From an uncultured archaeon (GTDB taxonomy: Archaea > Asgardarchaeota > Heimdallarchaeia > Heimdallarchaeales > Heimdallarchaeaceae): DNA of 20,540 nt. Positions 1 to 9,752 of the stretch are shown one piece after another. How positions within the stretch are numbered: position 1 is the first letter of the stretch; every line of letters starts with the position of its first letter. The notes beneath the pieces are model-generated. The model saw only the letters and a list, made by a program, of their open reading frames with translations. It was not told the DNA's origin and did no database searches. The position numbers and the translations under genes are program-made. Location of the stretch: assembly GCA_964549075.1 (NCBI GenBank), contig CAZJUB010000045.1, positions 1 through 20,540 on the forward strand, read 5' to 3'.

Positions 1-1791
1 CCTAATAAGACTCTTGTTGCACAATTATTTGGCGAATTCAAAACACTTTTTCCTACAGCTAGTGTTAATTACTATGTTTCCTTTTACGATTATTACCAAC
101 CTGAGGCATATTTGCCTTCTAAAGATTTGTATATTGAAAAAGATGTAGATATCAATCATGAAATTGAGCGGTTAAGACATACTGCTTTAGAAGCTTTAGC
201 AACACGAGAGGACGTAATTGTGTGTGCAACTGTTTCCTGCATTTATGGTACAGGACCTCCAGATATATATCGCTCTCGAAGAATAGCTTTGGCTGTAGGT
301 GATACTCTGGATCGTCAAGACCTTATGTTAGAGTTAGTGAAGAATCAATATGAAAGAAACGATGTAGCTCTTGAAAGAAAAAGTTTCAGAGTAAGAGGAG
401 ATTCTATTGATATCTTCCCCTTATATGGCGATTATGTTTACCGAATTGAATTTTTTGGGGATGAAATCGAGAGATTAACTGCAAGGCATCCCATTACAGG
501 AGAGAAAATAAAGGAATATCCACAGATGTCTATTTTTCCAGGAACTCAATATCTTGCAAATGATGCTTTCTTTGAATCTGCTTTAGAAGATATAAAACTG
601 GAACTTGATAAACGACTAGCAGAATTTAATAAAGAGAATAAAGTGGTTGAAGCTCATAGATTAAGACAAAAAACTCTCTATGATTTAGAATTATTGAGAG
701 AAACAGGTGGGTGTTCAGGAATTGAGAATTATTCAAGACACTTTGATAGAAGAAAACCAGGAGAAAAACCTTTCACTCTTCTTGACCATTTCCCAGATGA
801 TTTTCTTCTAATAATTGATGAATCCCATCTCACTATCCCTCAGCTTCATGGGATGTATGGAGGAGATTATTCACGAAAGAAGAATTTAATCGATCATGGT
901 TTCAGACTTCCTTCAGCAGCTGATAATCGACCTTTAAGGTTTGATGAAACAGAAAAATACATGAAAACTGTTATCTTTACTAGTGCTACTCCAGGTCCAT
1001 ACGAATATAAAAATTCTAAAAAAATAGTTGAACAAATTATTCGTCCAACTGGTTTAGTGGATCCTAAAATAGAAGTAAGAAGAACTGAAGGTCAGATACT
1101 CGATTTGGTTAGTGAAATAAACCAACGAGTAGCAAAAGGTGAAAGAATTTTAGTTACAACTTTAACGAAACAAAGTGCAGAATTATTATCGGATTATTTA
1201 CTAGATATGAATATAAAATCTATTTATCTGCATCATGAAGTGGATACTCTCGATCGGATTGAGATTTTGAAGGATTTGAGACTAGGGAAGTATGATGTTG
1301 TTGTTGGAATTAACCTTTTACGAGAAGGTTTGGACCTACCTGAAGTTTCTCTGGTTGCAATACTTGATGCAGACAAGGAAGGTTTCTTGAGATCAAAAGG
1401 TTCATTAATACAACTTATGGGTCGTGCAAGTAGGAATGTACATGGTAGTGTTCTTCTTTATGCTGATAAACTAACAGATTCCATGAAAGAAGCAATAAGT
1501 GAAAACAATAGGAGAAGGAGTATTCAACAAAAATACAACCAAGAACATGGTATTAAGCCAACGACAATTAGGAAGGAAGTAAAATCTATTGTGGAACACC
1601 TTATGCAAGTAACTCCAAAAGAAGAGGAAGAGATAGAAGTTCCTACAGGATTAACCTCAGAAGATCTCCTCTATATAATCGACGATTTAAAAGAAAAGAT
1701 GGCAGAAGCAGCAGGTATTTTAGATTTTGAAAAAGCAGCACTATATCGAGATAAAATTAAAGAACTTGAGAAATTGGTGAATTCTAAATGA
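1..1791 (+). CDS. uvrB: Excinuclease ABC subunit B (UvrB), 5'-truncated by the window edge
   Basis: Frame 1 is open from base 1 (PNKTLVAQLF...YDYYQPEAY beta-hairpin), so the TTG at 112 is not the start. Contains IIDESH (Walker B), SATPG, VGINLLREGLD, LDADKEGFLRS, GRASRN and a C-terminal UVR domain (LDFEKAALYRD). Confidence 0.98.
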   Translation, partial: PNKTLVAQLFGEFKTLFPTASVNYYVSFYDYYQPEAYLPSKDLYIEKDVDINHEIERLRHTALEALATREDVIVCATVSCIYGTGPPDIYRSRRIALAVGDTLDRQDLMLELVKNQYERNDVALERKSFRVRGDSIDIFPLYGDYVYRIEFFGDEIERLTARHPITGEKIKEYPQMSIFPGTQYLANDAFFESALEDIKLELDKRLAEFNKENKVVEAHRLRQKTLYDLELLRETGGCSGIENYSRHFDRRKPGEKPFTLLDHFPDDFLLIIDESHLTIPQLHGMYGGDYSRKKNLIDHGFRLPSAADNRPLRFDETEKYMKTVIFTSATPGPYEYKNSKKIVEQIIRPTGLVDPKIEVRRTEGQILDLVSEINQRVAKGERILVTTLTKQSAELLSDYLLDMNIKSIYLHHEVDTLDRIEILKDLRLGKYDVVVGINLLREGLDLPEVSLVAILDADKEGFLRSKGSLIQLMGRASRNVHGSVLLYADKLTDSMKEAISENNRRRSIQQKYNQEHGIKPTTIRKEVKSIVEHLMQVTPKEEEEIEVPTGLTSEDLLYIIDDLKEKMAEAAGILDFEKAALYRDKIKELEKLVNSK

Positions 1792-3596
1792 GTCTTTTTT
1801 CAGACCTTGAAGCAATTCCTAAAGAACCTGGTGTTTATCTTATAAAGGATAAAGACGAAAAAGTAATTTATATTGGAAAAGCTAAAAATCTGAGAAATAG
1901 AGTAAAACAACATTTTCAAACTACTTCTGATACCAAAGAGGATAAACTTCAGCAGTTAGCAAATAGAGTTGATTGGGTTTTAGTCAGAAACGAGTCTGAA
2001 GCATTAATTTTGGAGAAGAAATTGATTAAACAGTTGTCTCCCAAACTCAATAGTATGCTAAAAGATGATAAATCCAATCTCCTTGTCCGAATTACTATGG
2101 AAAAGCAATTTCCTCAATTATTAATTGTTAGAGAAACAGACCCGAGAGTTAGTAGGAGTGTATATTTTGGTCCATTTACAAATAATACTATGCTTAGACA
2201 GACTGTGAAATTGGTTTTGAAGCTATTTCCTATTTGTGATTGTGGGAAGAATTTCGAAAGAATAAGAGAAAAAGGCACTAAAATTAGGTGTATGAGAGCT
2301 AGATTGGGAAGATGTCTAGCGCCTTGGAACAACGATATTACTCCTGAAGAGTATAGAAAAACTGTCAAAAACGTTATTTCATTTCTTAAAGGAGATGTTG
2401 CTAAATTATTAGATGATCTCGAAGAAGAAATGTGGTTAGCATCAAAAGACGCAAATTATGAAAAAGCTGCATCAATTAGAGATCTCATACACGCTGTGAG
2501 AACCATTTTAAATATTCAAGAAGATTTGAAATCTCAAAGAAAGAACTTTGATGTACTAGCTTATGCTGAGAAAGATGGTGATATAACTTTTTGTAAGATG
2601 GAAATTCGGAACTATCGAATTAATAATATCATCAATGAAATATTTCCAAAAGAAGAAGGTGAATTGCATGAATTGGGAGAAGTCATGCTGTACATATATG
2701 GGAGAGAAAAACAAAACTTCCCAATTCTACTTGAGAAGGAATTTACTACTAGATTCTTTAACAAGACCAATCTTGAAATTAAATCCCCAACTAACAACTT
2801 ATCAAAACAATTTTGTGAAATTGCTGAAAAAAATGCTATTAATGAACTGCGAAAATATAAACGTGATATAAAATATGAAAAAGAAACAGAAAATGTTCTT
2901 GAAGAAATGCAAAATCTTTTCCAACTACCAAGTTTGCCAATGATTATACATGGCTATGATATTTCAACACTTGGTGGACAGTATTCGGTAGGATCTTGTG
3001 TTGTATTTCAAGATGGAAGACCTCAGAAGAAACTTTATCGACGCTTTCGTATACGAAAAAGCTATTCTGAACCTAATGATTATGCTATGATGGAAGAAGT
3101 TATCTCTAGACGTTATAAATCTGAAATGCTAAAAGATGATCCAACTCCCCAACTGATTGTTATAGATGGTGGAAAGGGACAACTCAATATTGCATTTAAA
3201 GTACTCAAGAATCTGAAAGTTGATTTTCCTATAATTAGTATAGCAAAAAAGAACGAGGACATTTATACTGAATGGTCAGATGAACCTGTTAATTTAGAAA
3301 AAAATTCCAGTGTACAACGCTTAATTCAGAATATAAGAGATGAAGCTCATCGTTTTGCAATAAATTATCATAAGAAGTTAAGATCAAAATCTGTTGAAAA
3401 TTCTACTTTAGAAAAAATTAAGGGGATTGGAAAAGCAAAAGTATCAAAACTTTTTCAAGAGTATTCCACTTTAACTGAGCTTTCGAAAGCATCAAAAGAA
3501 GAAATAATGAAAAAAATAGGTGTAAATGAAGCAATTGCTCTTCAAGTATTATCTTTAGCAAAGAAGATTGTAAATAAATCTCCATATGATGATTAA
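1788..3596 (+). CDS. uvrC: Excinuclease ABC subunit C (UvrC)
   Basis: GIY-YIG domain (PGVY..YIGKAKNLRNRV), Cys cluster, UVR domain (YEKAASIRD), RNase H-like domain (YDIS, IDGGKGQL, IRDEAHRFA) and HhH (IKGIGK). Overlaps the uvrB stop. Confidence 0.97.
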   Translation: MSLFSDLEAIPKEPGVYLIKDKDEKVIYIGKAKNLRNRVKQHFQTTSDTKEDKLQQLANRVDWVLVRNESEALILEKKLIKQLSPKLNSMLKDDKSNLLVRITMEKQFPQLLIVRETDPRVSRSVYFGPFTNNTMLRQTVKLVLKLFPICDCGKNFERIREKGTKIRCMRARLGRCLAPWNNDITPEEYRKTVKNVISFLKGDVAKLLDDLEEEMWLASKDANYEKAASIRDLIHAVRTILNIQEDLKSQRKNFDVLAYAEKDGDITFCKMEIRNYRINNIINEIFPKEEGELHELGEVMLYIYGREKQNFPILLEKEFTTRFFNKTNLEIKSPTNNLSKQFCEIAEKNAINELRKYKRDIKYEKETENVLEEMQNLFQLPSLPMIIHGYDISTLGGQYSVGSCVVFQDGRPQKKLYRRFRIRKSYSEPNDYAMMEEVISRRYKSEMLKDDPTPQLIVIDGGKGQLNIAFKVLKNLKVDFPIISIAKKNEDIYTEWSDEPVNLEKNSSVQRLIQNIRDEAHRFAINYHKKLRSKSVENSTLEKIKGIGKAKVSKLFQEYSTLTELSKASKEEIMKKIGVNEAIALQVLSLAKKIVNKSPYDD

Positions 3597-3657
3597 AGTT
3601 ATTCTAGACTTAGGAAAAGTGCTTTTAAGAATATGTTTCAGTAGTAGTAAGGAATAG

Positions 3658-3714
3658 TATATAAAGGAAATTGTCCTTCTATAATATTAGTTAAGCTTGT
3701 TCTTAACTCGGTGA
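3658..3714 (+). promoter_or_regulatory. Putative TATA box (TATATAAA, 3658-3665), 7-bp inverted repeat (3689-3708) and GGTGA SD site (3710-3714)
   Basis: Motifs read directly upstream of ATG 3719. Confidence 0.45.
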
Positions 3715-3718
3715 TTAA

Positions 3719-4579
3719 ATGAAAAGAAAAGAAATAATAACAAGCGGGGTTCTAATTATTCTAATCTCGTTAAACTTTATTGCTCCAGCAAATGCTGCGA
3801 CAACTTGGGGTTTTGAGATAGATAAAAACTATGTTTATGAATTAAATAAACTAACTATATTTGGTACACCTCTCGCTTTTGAATTCAAAGATGAAGCGAG
3901 AATGCGTATTGTTTTCAATGATTTTAATGATACTGGTTATTCCTTTGACTTGTATAACAACACAAATCTGCTAGCTGAAACATCAACCATATTCTTACCT
4001 GTAGCAGTTGATAATGAAACAACACTTGTTTTACCTCAAGGACTACCGGTAGCCCTACCATTATCTTTAGGAGAAATACCTGATTATCTAGCATACTTTG
4101 GACAAGTAATTGACCAAGTGGGTTCAATGATAATCTTAGATGACATAATGGAAAATATAAGTGATTACATGGATATTACATATTTGAATGTCTATTCCTT
4201 ATATGATGACAGTTTTCTGAGTGCAAAGTTAGATTTGTATGCTCCAATTGTTAATGCAACTGTATTAACCGATCTTCTCGGAGAAATGGATTCTGGTCAG
4301 ATACCGATTTCAATACCAACAAACATAACAGAACTTAAACTAAATACAACTTTAGCTTTTGATGCTTCAACTGGTTTATTTGACCATTTGAACGTTAAAT
4401 TAAGGTCTTTGTCAACAGATGAGTATAATTACACAGATGATTTCAATGTTGATGTAGAATACGCTTTGTACAGACCTCCTGAACCAACATCGACAACAAC
4501 TGTTTCATATGCTTGGGTTGTACCAATTGCTGTAGCTGTCATCTTTGCCAGCAGTTTATTTATAAGAAAGAGGAAATAA
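3719..4579 (+). CDS. Secreted, C-terminally anchored surface glycoprotein of unknown function
   Basis: Signal peptide (MKRK, hydrophobic core, ANA/A), eight N-x-S/T sequons, Pro/Thr linker (PPEPTSTTT), TM helix and basic tail RKRK. Confidence 0.8.
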   Translation: MKRKEIITSGVLIILISLNFIAPANAATTWGFEIDKNYVYELNKLTIFGTPLAFEFKDEARMRIVFNDFNDTGYSFDLYNNTNLLAETSTIFLPVAVDNETTLVLPQGLPVALPLSLGEIPDYLAYFGQVIDQVGSMIILDDIMENISDYMDITYLNVYSLYDDSFLSAKLDLYAPIVNATVLTDLLGEMDSGQIPISIPTNITELKLNTTLAFDASTGLFDHLNVKLRSLSTDEYNYTDDFNVDVEYALYRPPEPTSTTTVSYAWVVPIAVAVIFASSLFIRKRK

Positions 4580-4600
4580 TCCTCTCAATTTTTCTTTTTT
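4580..4600 (+). terminator. Oligo-T archaeal-type terminator
   Basis: TCCTCTCAATTTTTCTTTTTT directly after the stop codon. Confidence 0.5.
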
Positions 4601-4634
4601 ACAAATCCTTTTTAATCTTATAGTCTATTCAATT

Positions 4635-5759
4635 TTGAGTAATGTGAGTCTTAGACCAGAGGAGTATGCTATACTTAATCAAATCTTTCAAGAACCTATC
4701 ATCCCTTATAGCAGATTAGCTGAAAAAGTAAAACTGTCAGCCCCTACCGTCAAGAAGAGGGTAGAGCATCTTCTTGACGAGTCTATAATAAGAAAGTTTC
4801 ATGCTGAATATCACCCAGAATCACTAGGTCTTGAGAGTCACATCTTTCTTCTTAAAATCAACTCTATTGATAAATATAAAATTGTTGAGCGAATTCTCGA
4901 TTATCATCCATATCTTGTTGTTAGACAAAGATGTTATGGGGGTATAACTGGTGTCTTTTTGAAAGTCCATGTACCTATAGGGTCAATTGATTTATTCTGT
5001 TCTTTTCTTAATCATTTAAAAGATAATAACTTAGTTGAGGAAATTGTTCATTCAACTACAATAGGACCAGGAATCAAAACCAGAATTGACTTAACTTTTT
5101 GGAATCCTACTAAAAGTGTTTGGTCCTTCAAATGGGATATGTGGAAGAAGAATATAGATGTTGTTGATTATGTCCCTCAATTCAATTATTTTCAAAAAAT
5201 TTCTCGAGAAAAACATAAGAATGTACTTAAGCAATTGAATTATCTTGATTTTCAGATTTTGAAAGAATTGGTACTTGATCCAACACAAAAATATTCTATT
5301 CTGTCAAAACAACTAGGAATACCGCAATATACCCTTTCACGAAGGAAGAAATTTCTGAGCAAGTCAGTAATTAGAAATTATCATGTGGATTTCGATAGAT
5401 CATTTTTTGGGCTTGAGGATGAGTTGGTCTTTAAAGCAATTTGTGGACAGAGAGCTATGTCAAAGATTATCTATTTACTTAGAGAACTTACTCTTCCTTT
5501 TGAATCTGATTTTCGTGAAACAGATAAAGGATTTTTATGGAAAATCCTTTTACCTCCAAAAGACAAACTAGAACTCTTCAATATTCTCTGGTCTTTGTTT
5601 CCAGACTTGCAAATCATAATGTTAGATCCACATACAACCATAACAAAAGATTTTAACCCTAATAATTACTCATTCATAAATCATTCTTGGAAAGATACAG
5701 AAGATTTCATGATTTATCAAGTATTAGAAAAAGCAAGAGGAGAGCTTTTACTTGCTTAA
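4635..5759 (+). CDS. Tandem Lrp/AsnC-like winged-HTH transcriptional regulator (two HTH + RAM-like repeats); start codon uncertain
   Basis: First HTH: IPYSRLAEKVKLSAPTVKKRVEHL..GL. Second HTH: LDFQILKEL..KYSILSKQLGIPQYTLSRRKKFL..FGL. Confidence 0.8.
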   Translation: MSNVSLRPEEYAILNQIFQEPIIPYSRLAEKVKLSAPTVKKRVEHLLDESIIRKFHAEYHPESLGLESHIFLLKINSIDKYKIVERILDYHPYLVVRQRCYGGITGVFLKVHVPIGSIDLFCSFLNHLKDNNLVEEIVHSTTIGPGIKTRIDLTFWNPTKSVWSFKWDMWKKNIDVVDYVPQFNYFQKISREKHKNVLKQLNYLDFQILKELVLDPTQKYSILSKQLGIPQYTLSRRKKFLSKSVIRNYHVDFDRSFFGLEDELVFKAICGQRAMSKIIYLLRELTLPFESDFRETDKGFLWKILLPPKDKLELFNILWSLFPDLQIIMLDPHTTITKDFNPNNYSFINHSWKDTEDFMIYQVLEKARGELLLA

Positions 5760-5763
5760 TTTA

Positions 5764-8673
5764 TTAAACAATAGCTCGTAGCTCTTGGACGATTTCATAT
5801 TTCATTTGTTTTCTAATGATTGGTATCATACCTACTAAGGCTGCTAAAACCAATGATAGCAAACTTAAGATTAGTGTTAATGCATTAACGTATAATATTA
5901 GTTGAATTACTTCTTCTGCTATCAATAGAGGTTTTACAAATAGTAGCGAAAATGCAGCTGCTGCAATCCCTAAGGGAGCACCTACCAATATTGTGACCGT
6001 GAGAAACGTACCAACTTCACCGATGAGTAATCCTCGTACTTTCGTCTGATTTCCTCCCAATGCTAGTAAAACTGCGTTCTCTCTTCTTCTTTGTCCTAGT
6101 ATAAAATCAGTAGAAATTAATATGTAAACTACTCCCATTACATTCAGTATAATAGCTCCAACTAAGAGAATAACAGTAACAGGAGGAATATATCTATCAA
6201 TGAAATAACCAATATAATCTGGATTAATTCTATCTGGATTGACTGTTAAAAGTGGAAATTGGCTCTCTATTTCTTCTTTTATTCGATTTATATCAGCACC
6301 ATCTTTAGCTGATGCTAATAGAAGAGTTCCGTTTTGTGCGTTTAAGTCATTAATTAACACTTCTTTATTCAAGAAAACCCAATCATCAGTTTCTCGATTC
6401 ATCTTTGGATCATATCCATGGGCTATTCCTAAACCGGGAGCTGATTTGATTACTCCAGTAATTGTCAAGAGTTGAACTTCTCCTGAACCAGTGAAACCTG
6501 AAACTTCGATTACATTACCTACTTGTAAGTCTAATCTACTGACAAGATACTCGCTGATAATAATCCCTTTTTCAGTTTCGTTTAAAGCCATAAGTCCTTG
6601 TTCAGCTGACTGGTTTACAAAACTCGTATCAGTCCATCGACCAATTTCCAGAAATTTTTCAGGTTCAACTCCAAAAACCTCAATTTGTATTTGAGTTCCC
6701 CAGACTGCTCTGGTTGTTTGAAAACCTGTAATACTCTCGATACCTTCTATTTGTCCCAAGGTTTCTTCCATGTATGAAATGTTTACAGGAATAAACGAGT
6801 CTATCCGAATGTCCGCCCCCATTCTATAGTCGTTCTCAAGGTTATTATTTCGAACAACTGAAGATCTAAGGGTCACTAAAGTCGTTAGAAGACATATTGT
6901 TAAAATTAAAAAGAATGTAAGGTCAGTAAGGTTTTTTCTCTGACGTGTGAGATTCTTAAAAATCAAGAAAGAGTTTTTCTTAAAAATAAAATTATAGACC
7001 TTTCCAAGTTTTTTAATCAATCTATTTAGTCCTTTGGAAATGAAATAGCAGATGAAGAATAATAAAGCAATAAACACTATTAACGTTTGAATACTAATTG
7101 ATATTTTACTAAAACCGAAATCTGACTCTCCAGATACAGTCTTGAAATATTCAATCAATAGGAAGATAAATCCCGCTAATATTAAAACAAAGGATCCTAC
7201 TTTTACTACCGTACTAATTATTTTTTGACCCCTTCTAGTCATAATCTGTGATTCATGAACATCTTTTCTTACAAAAGTTATAACGTTGAACAAAGTCATA
7301 CCTAGATAAATCCCTAAAACCAAAACCGTAAAAATCTCTATATAATATGGTGAGATTTCTAGATACCTAAAATATCTTGTAAAAAGTTCTCCACTGAAAA
7401 ATCCATCATAACCAAAAGATGGTATTAGTGCGGAAAGTAGAATGCCTATTCCAATACTCAAAATCAAAGAAATCGTACTTATTACGAGGAATTCTCCAAA
7501 AAACATCATTATTATTTGTCCACTTACTGCACCTTTGGACCTTAAGAATTCAATTTCCTCTTTTCTTTTTCTAACAGTCATTTGCGTAGATAGGATTGTC
7601 AAAATGATTGAGACCACTATGGTAGGTATAAATACTACGGTTGAGCCAAAACTTCTTGTATATTCATCTGCCATTGTTTGAATCTCTTGAGAAAGAATAT
7701 TTGCAAAAGCATGCCAAAATCTAAACTCTATTCTTTCTTTTAGTGCATATATTGTATCGGGCATCTTTGCTATACCCGCTTTTCTTAATTCTTGACTATT
7801 TAACTTAACAAGTAATTTAGGTAACAATCCGTTAGAATCCATGATGTTGAGATCTTCTATTCTAAGATCCTCTTTAGGAAAGAAGATAGAATCTAAAAGA
7901 ACTCCTCCAGTATTCCCAATCCCTCCTAGCATTTTAGCTATGATAGTGTTTTTCCCTACATAGGTGTAAATACCTGAAATTGTATAATTTATAAAAGTAG
8001 TATCACCAATATCATAGTACACCATTTGATGTTCTCCAATATCGGTATTTGGAATATATCTAGTAATAGCAACATTAACTTTGTCTCCAGGTTGAATGGT
8101 TTTATTGTAAATAACACTAAGTTGTTGAGCTTGAACATAGCTCATCATTATTTCTCCTTGATTTAATGTGGCATTCCCATCAACCTCTAAATTTAGTTTT
8201 ATCCTTTCCATAGCTACTGAAGACACTATATGAGCTGCTGCTAGTGATAATGGATCTGACATGTTGTCTTGGTGGTCCTCAGGATACCACGTATAATTGT
8301 CTGGTTTATCCTCAAAATTAAATAGAGCCACAGAAGGATAATACCAATTAACATCTTCTACTAATGAATCACCTAGTACATAAGAGTATACTGGTTGCAT
8401 GACATTAGGAAGAAAGGTTGAAACATACATTTCGTAATCTAATGTTTCTAAATAGTCATCAGCAATAATCTTCTGGGATGTAGTAGACCAGATTGATGCT
8501 GTGAATAGAATTGACATTGAAAAAACCAGTCCCAGAATGATAATGGTGATGCTTTTTCTTCGATTTATTATGTTTTTCCAGATAAGTTTTAGATTAAATG
8601 ATAGAACTGCAAATGCTTTTTTAAACTTAGAAGTATCTTCTCCTTCACTTACATATTTGTCTAGCTCATTCAT
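5764..8673 (-). CDS. Large MacB/FtsX-family ABC transporter permease (two FtsX units)
   Basis: Two FtsX motifs (RKEEIEFLRSKGA and RRRENAVLLALGG), large extracellular loops and an adjacent ABC ATPase. Confidence 0.9.
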   Translation of the reverse strand: MNELDKYVSEGEDTSKFKKAFAVLSFNLKLIWKNIINRRKSITIIILGLVFSMSILFTASIWSTTSQKIIADDYLETLDYEMYVSTFLPNVMQPVYSYVLGDSLVEDVNWYYPSVALFNFEDKPDNYTWYPEDHQDNMSDPLSLAAAHIVSSVAMERIKLNLEVDGNATLNQGEIMMSYVQAQQLSVIYNKTIQPGDKVNVAITRYIPNTDIGEHQMVYYDIGDTTFINYTISGIYTYVGKNTIIAKMLGGIGNTGGVLLDSIFFPKEDLRIEDLNIMDSNGLLPKLLVKLNSQELRKAGIAKMPDTIYALKERIEFRFWHAFANILSQEIQTMADEYTRSFGSTVVFIPTIVVSIILTILSTQMTVRKRKEEIEFLRSKGAVSGQIIMMFFGEFLVISTISLILSIGIGILLSALIPSFGYDGFFSGELFTRYFRYLEISPYYIEIFTVLVLGIYLGMTLFNVITFVRKDVHESQIMTRRGQKIISTVVKVGSFVLILAGFIFLLIEYFKTVSGESDFGFSKISISIQTLIVFIALLFFICYFISKGLNRLIKKLGKVYNFIFKKNSFLIFKNLTRQRKNLTDLTFFLILTICLLTTLVTLRSSVVRNNNLENDYRMGADIRIDSFIPVNISYMEETLGQIEGIESITGFQTTRAVWGTQIQIEVFGVEPEKFLEIGRWTDTSFVNQSAEQGLMALNETEKGIIISEYLVSRLDLQVGNVIEVSGFTGSGEVQLLTITGVIKSAPGLGIAHGYDPKMNRETDDWVFLNKEVLINDLNAQNGTLLLASAKDGADINRIKEEIESQFPLLTVNPDRINPDYIGYFIDRYIPPVTVILLVGAIILNVMGVVYILISTDFILGQRRRENAVLLALGGNQTKVRGLLIGEVGTFLTVTILVGAPLGIAAAAFSLLFVKPLLIAEEVIQLILYVNALTLILSLLSLVLAALVGMIPIIRKQMKYEIVQELRAIV

Positions 8674-9421
8674 TGTTTTCGTCTCCTATAAGAAATTGAA
8701 AACTTGCTTCATTATATCCAACTTCAGGAAATTCCTTTTGTGAATATTTGGCAATCTTACCTTTTTGTAATACAATTACCGTATCAGCTAGTTTAGTAAG
8801 ATAGGGATCATGTGATGTATATATTAACGACATCTTATTCTTTCTTACTAGTTTTAGCAATAAATCCATAATTTCATCTCCCGTTTTTGTATCAAGTGTC
8901 CCTGTTGGTTCATCTGCAATCAATATTGACGGTGCATTAGCTATTGCTCTAGCAACACAAACTCTTTGTTTTTCTCCAGAGCTCAATTCTTGTGGTAAAC
9001 TTAATGCTTTTCTCCCCAAACCTACATTATGTAAAAGATCTACAGCATATTCTTTTGCTAGATTCTCTGTTTCTCCCTTAAGAATTAATGGGATCATAAT
9101 ATTTTCAAGAGCTGTTAAATGCTCTAATAAATAAAAGTCTTGAAAAACAAAACCAATCTCATTTAATCTGTAAGATGAAAGCTGATTCAAAGACCAAGAG
9201 TGAATCTCATTTCCATCATATAGTATTTTACCAGAAGTTGGTTTGTCTATACCAGCAAGTAAGTTAAGAGTTGTCGTTTTTCCTGATCCAGAGGTCCCTA
9301 ATAAACATACAATCTCACCTCTCTTTATTTCAAAACTTATACCATTTAAAACTACTAAAACCTCTGCTTTTGAGGAGTATGTTTTTATCAGTTTTTCTAC
9401 TTTTATATATGAATCGGCCAT
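8666..9421 (-). CDS. ABC transporter ATP-binding protein (LolD/MacB family)
   Basis: Walker A GTSGSGKT, Q-loop GFVFQ, signature LSSGEKQR, Walker B ILIADEPTG and H-loop SHD. Overlaps the permease start. Confidence 0.95.
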   Translation of the reverse strand: MADSYIKVEKLIKTYSSKAEVLVVLNGISFEIKRGEIVCLLGTSGSGKTTTLNLLAGIDKPTSGKILYDGNEIHSWSLNQLSSYRLNEIGFVFQDFYLLEHLTALENIMIPLILKGETENLAKEYAVDLLHNVGLGRKALSLPQELSSGEKQRVCVARAIANAPSILIADEPTGTLDTKTGDEIMDLLLKLVRKNKMSLIYTSHDPYLTKLADTVIVLQKGKIAKYSQKEFPEVGYNEASFQFLIGDENNE

Positions 9422-9485
9422 GAGGATTAAACAAATTTTATTCTAAACACTTAAATGATTTTTCTTTTATTAGAAAAAGATTCTA

Positions 9486-9662
9486 TCAAATACTGAAAAC
9501 GTACCATAAGATAACTACCACTAAAACAAATGCAACAGCAATTAAAATCTTATTCCAACTTCTTCCTTCCTCCTCTTCTTCATCTTCCCCATTGATACTC
9601 GAAGTTTCTTTATCTTCTTTCTGATTTTCTATAGCAGAATCTGAGTTGTTTTTAGTAGTCAT
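9486..9662 (-). CDS. Small tail-anchored membrane protein (58 aa)
   Basis: ATG at 9662 is preceded by GGAG. Acidic polar N-terminus, single C-terminal TM helix, same strand as its neighbours. Confidence 0.65.
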   Translation of the reverse strand: MTTKNNSDSAIENQKEDKETSSINGEDEEEEEGRSWNKILIAVAFVLVVVILWYVFSI

Positions 9663-9752
9663 CTTTTTTCTCCAATAAATTCTTACTATCACACGTAGCT
9701 TTATGTATAGCTTAAATACTTTATCGAATAGAACTTTTAATTTAAAGCTTCT

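Noticed and set aside
112-114. TTG start for uvrB
   Set aside because: Conserved UvrB motifs continue in frame back to base 1.
5757-5766. Very short gap between convergent genes (also 18320-18326) as antisense regulation
   Set aside because: This is common in compact archaeal genomes, and there is no further evidence.
9486-9662. SNARE/VAMP homologue
   Set aside because: The TM end is similar, but there is no heptad SNARE motif and the protein is too short and acidic.
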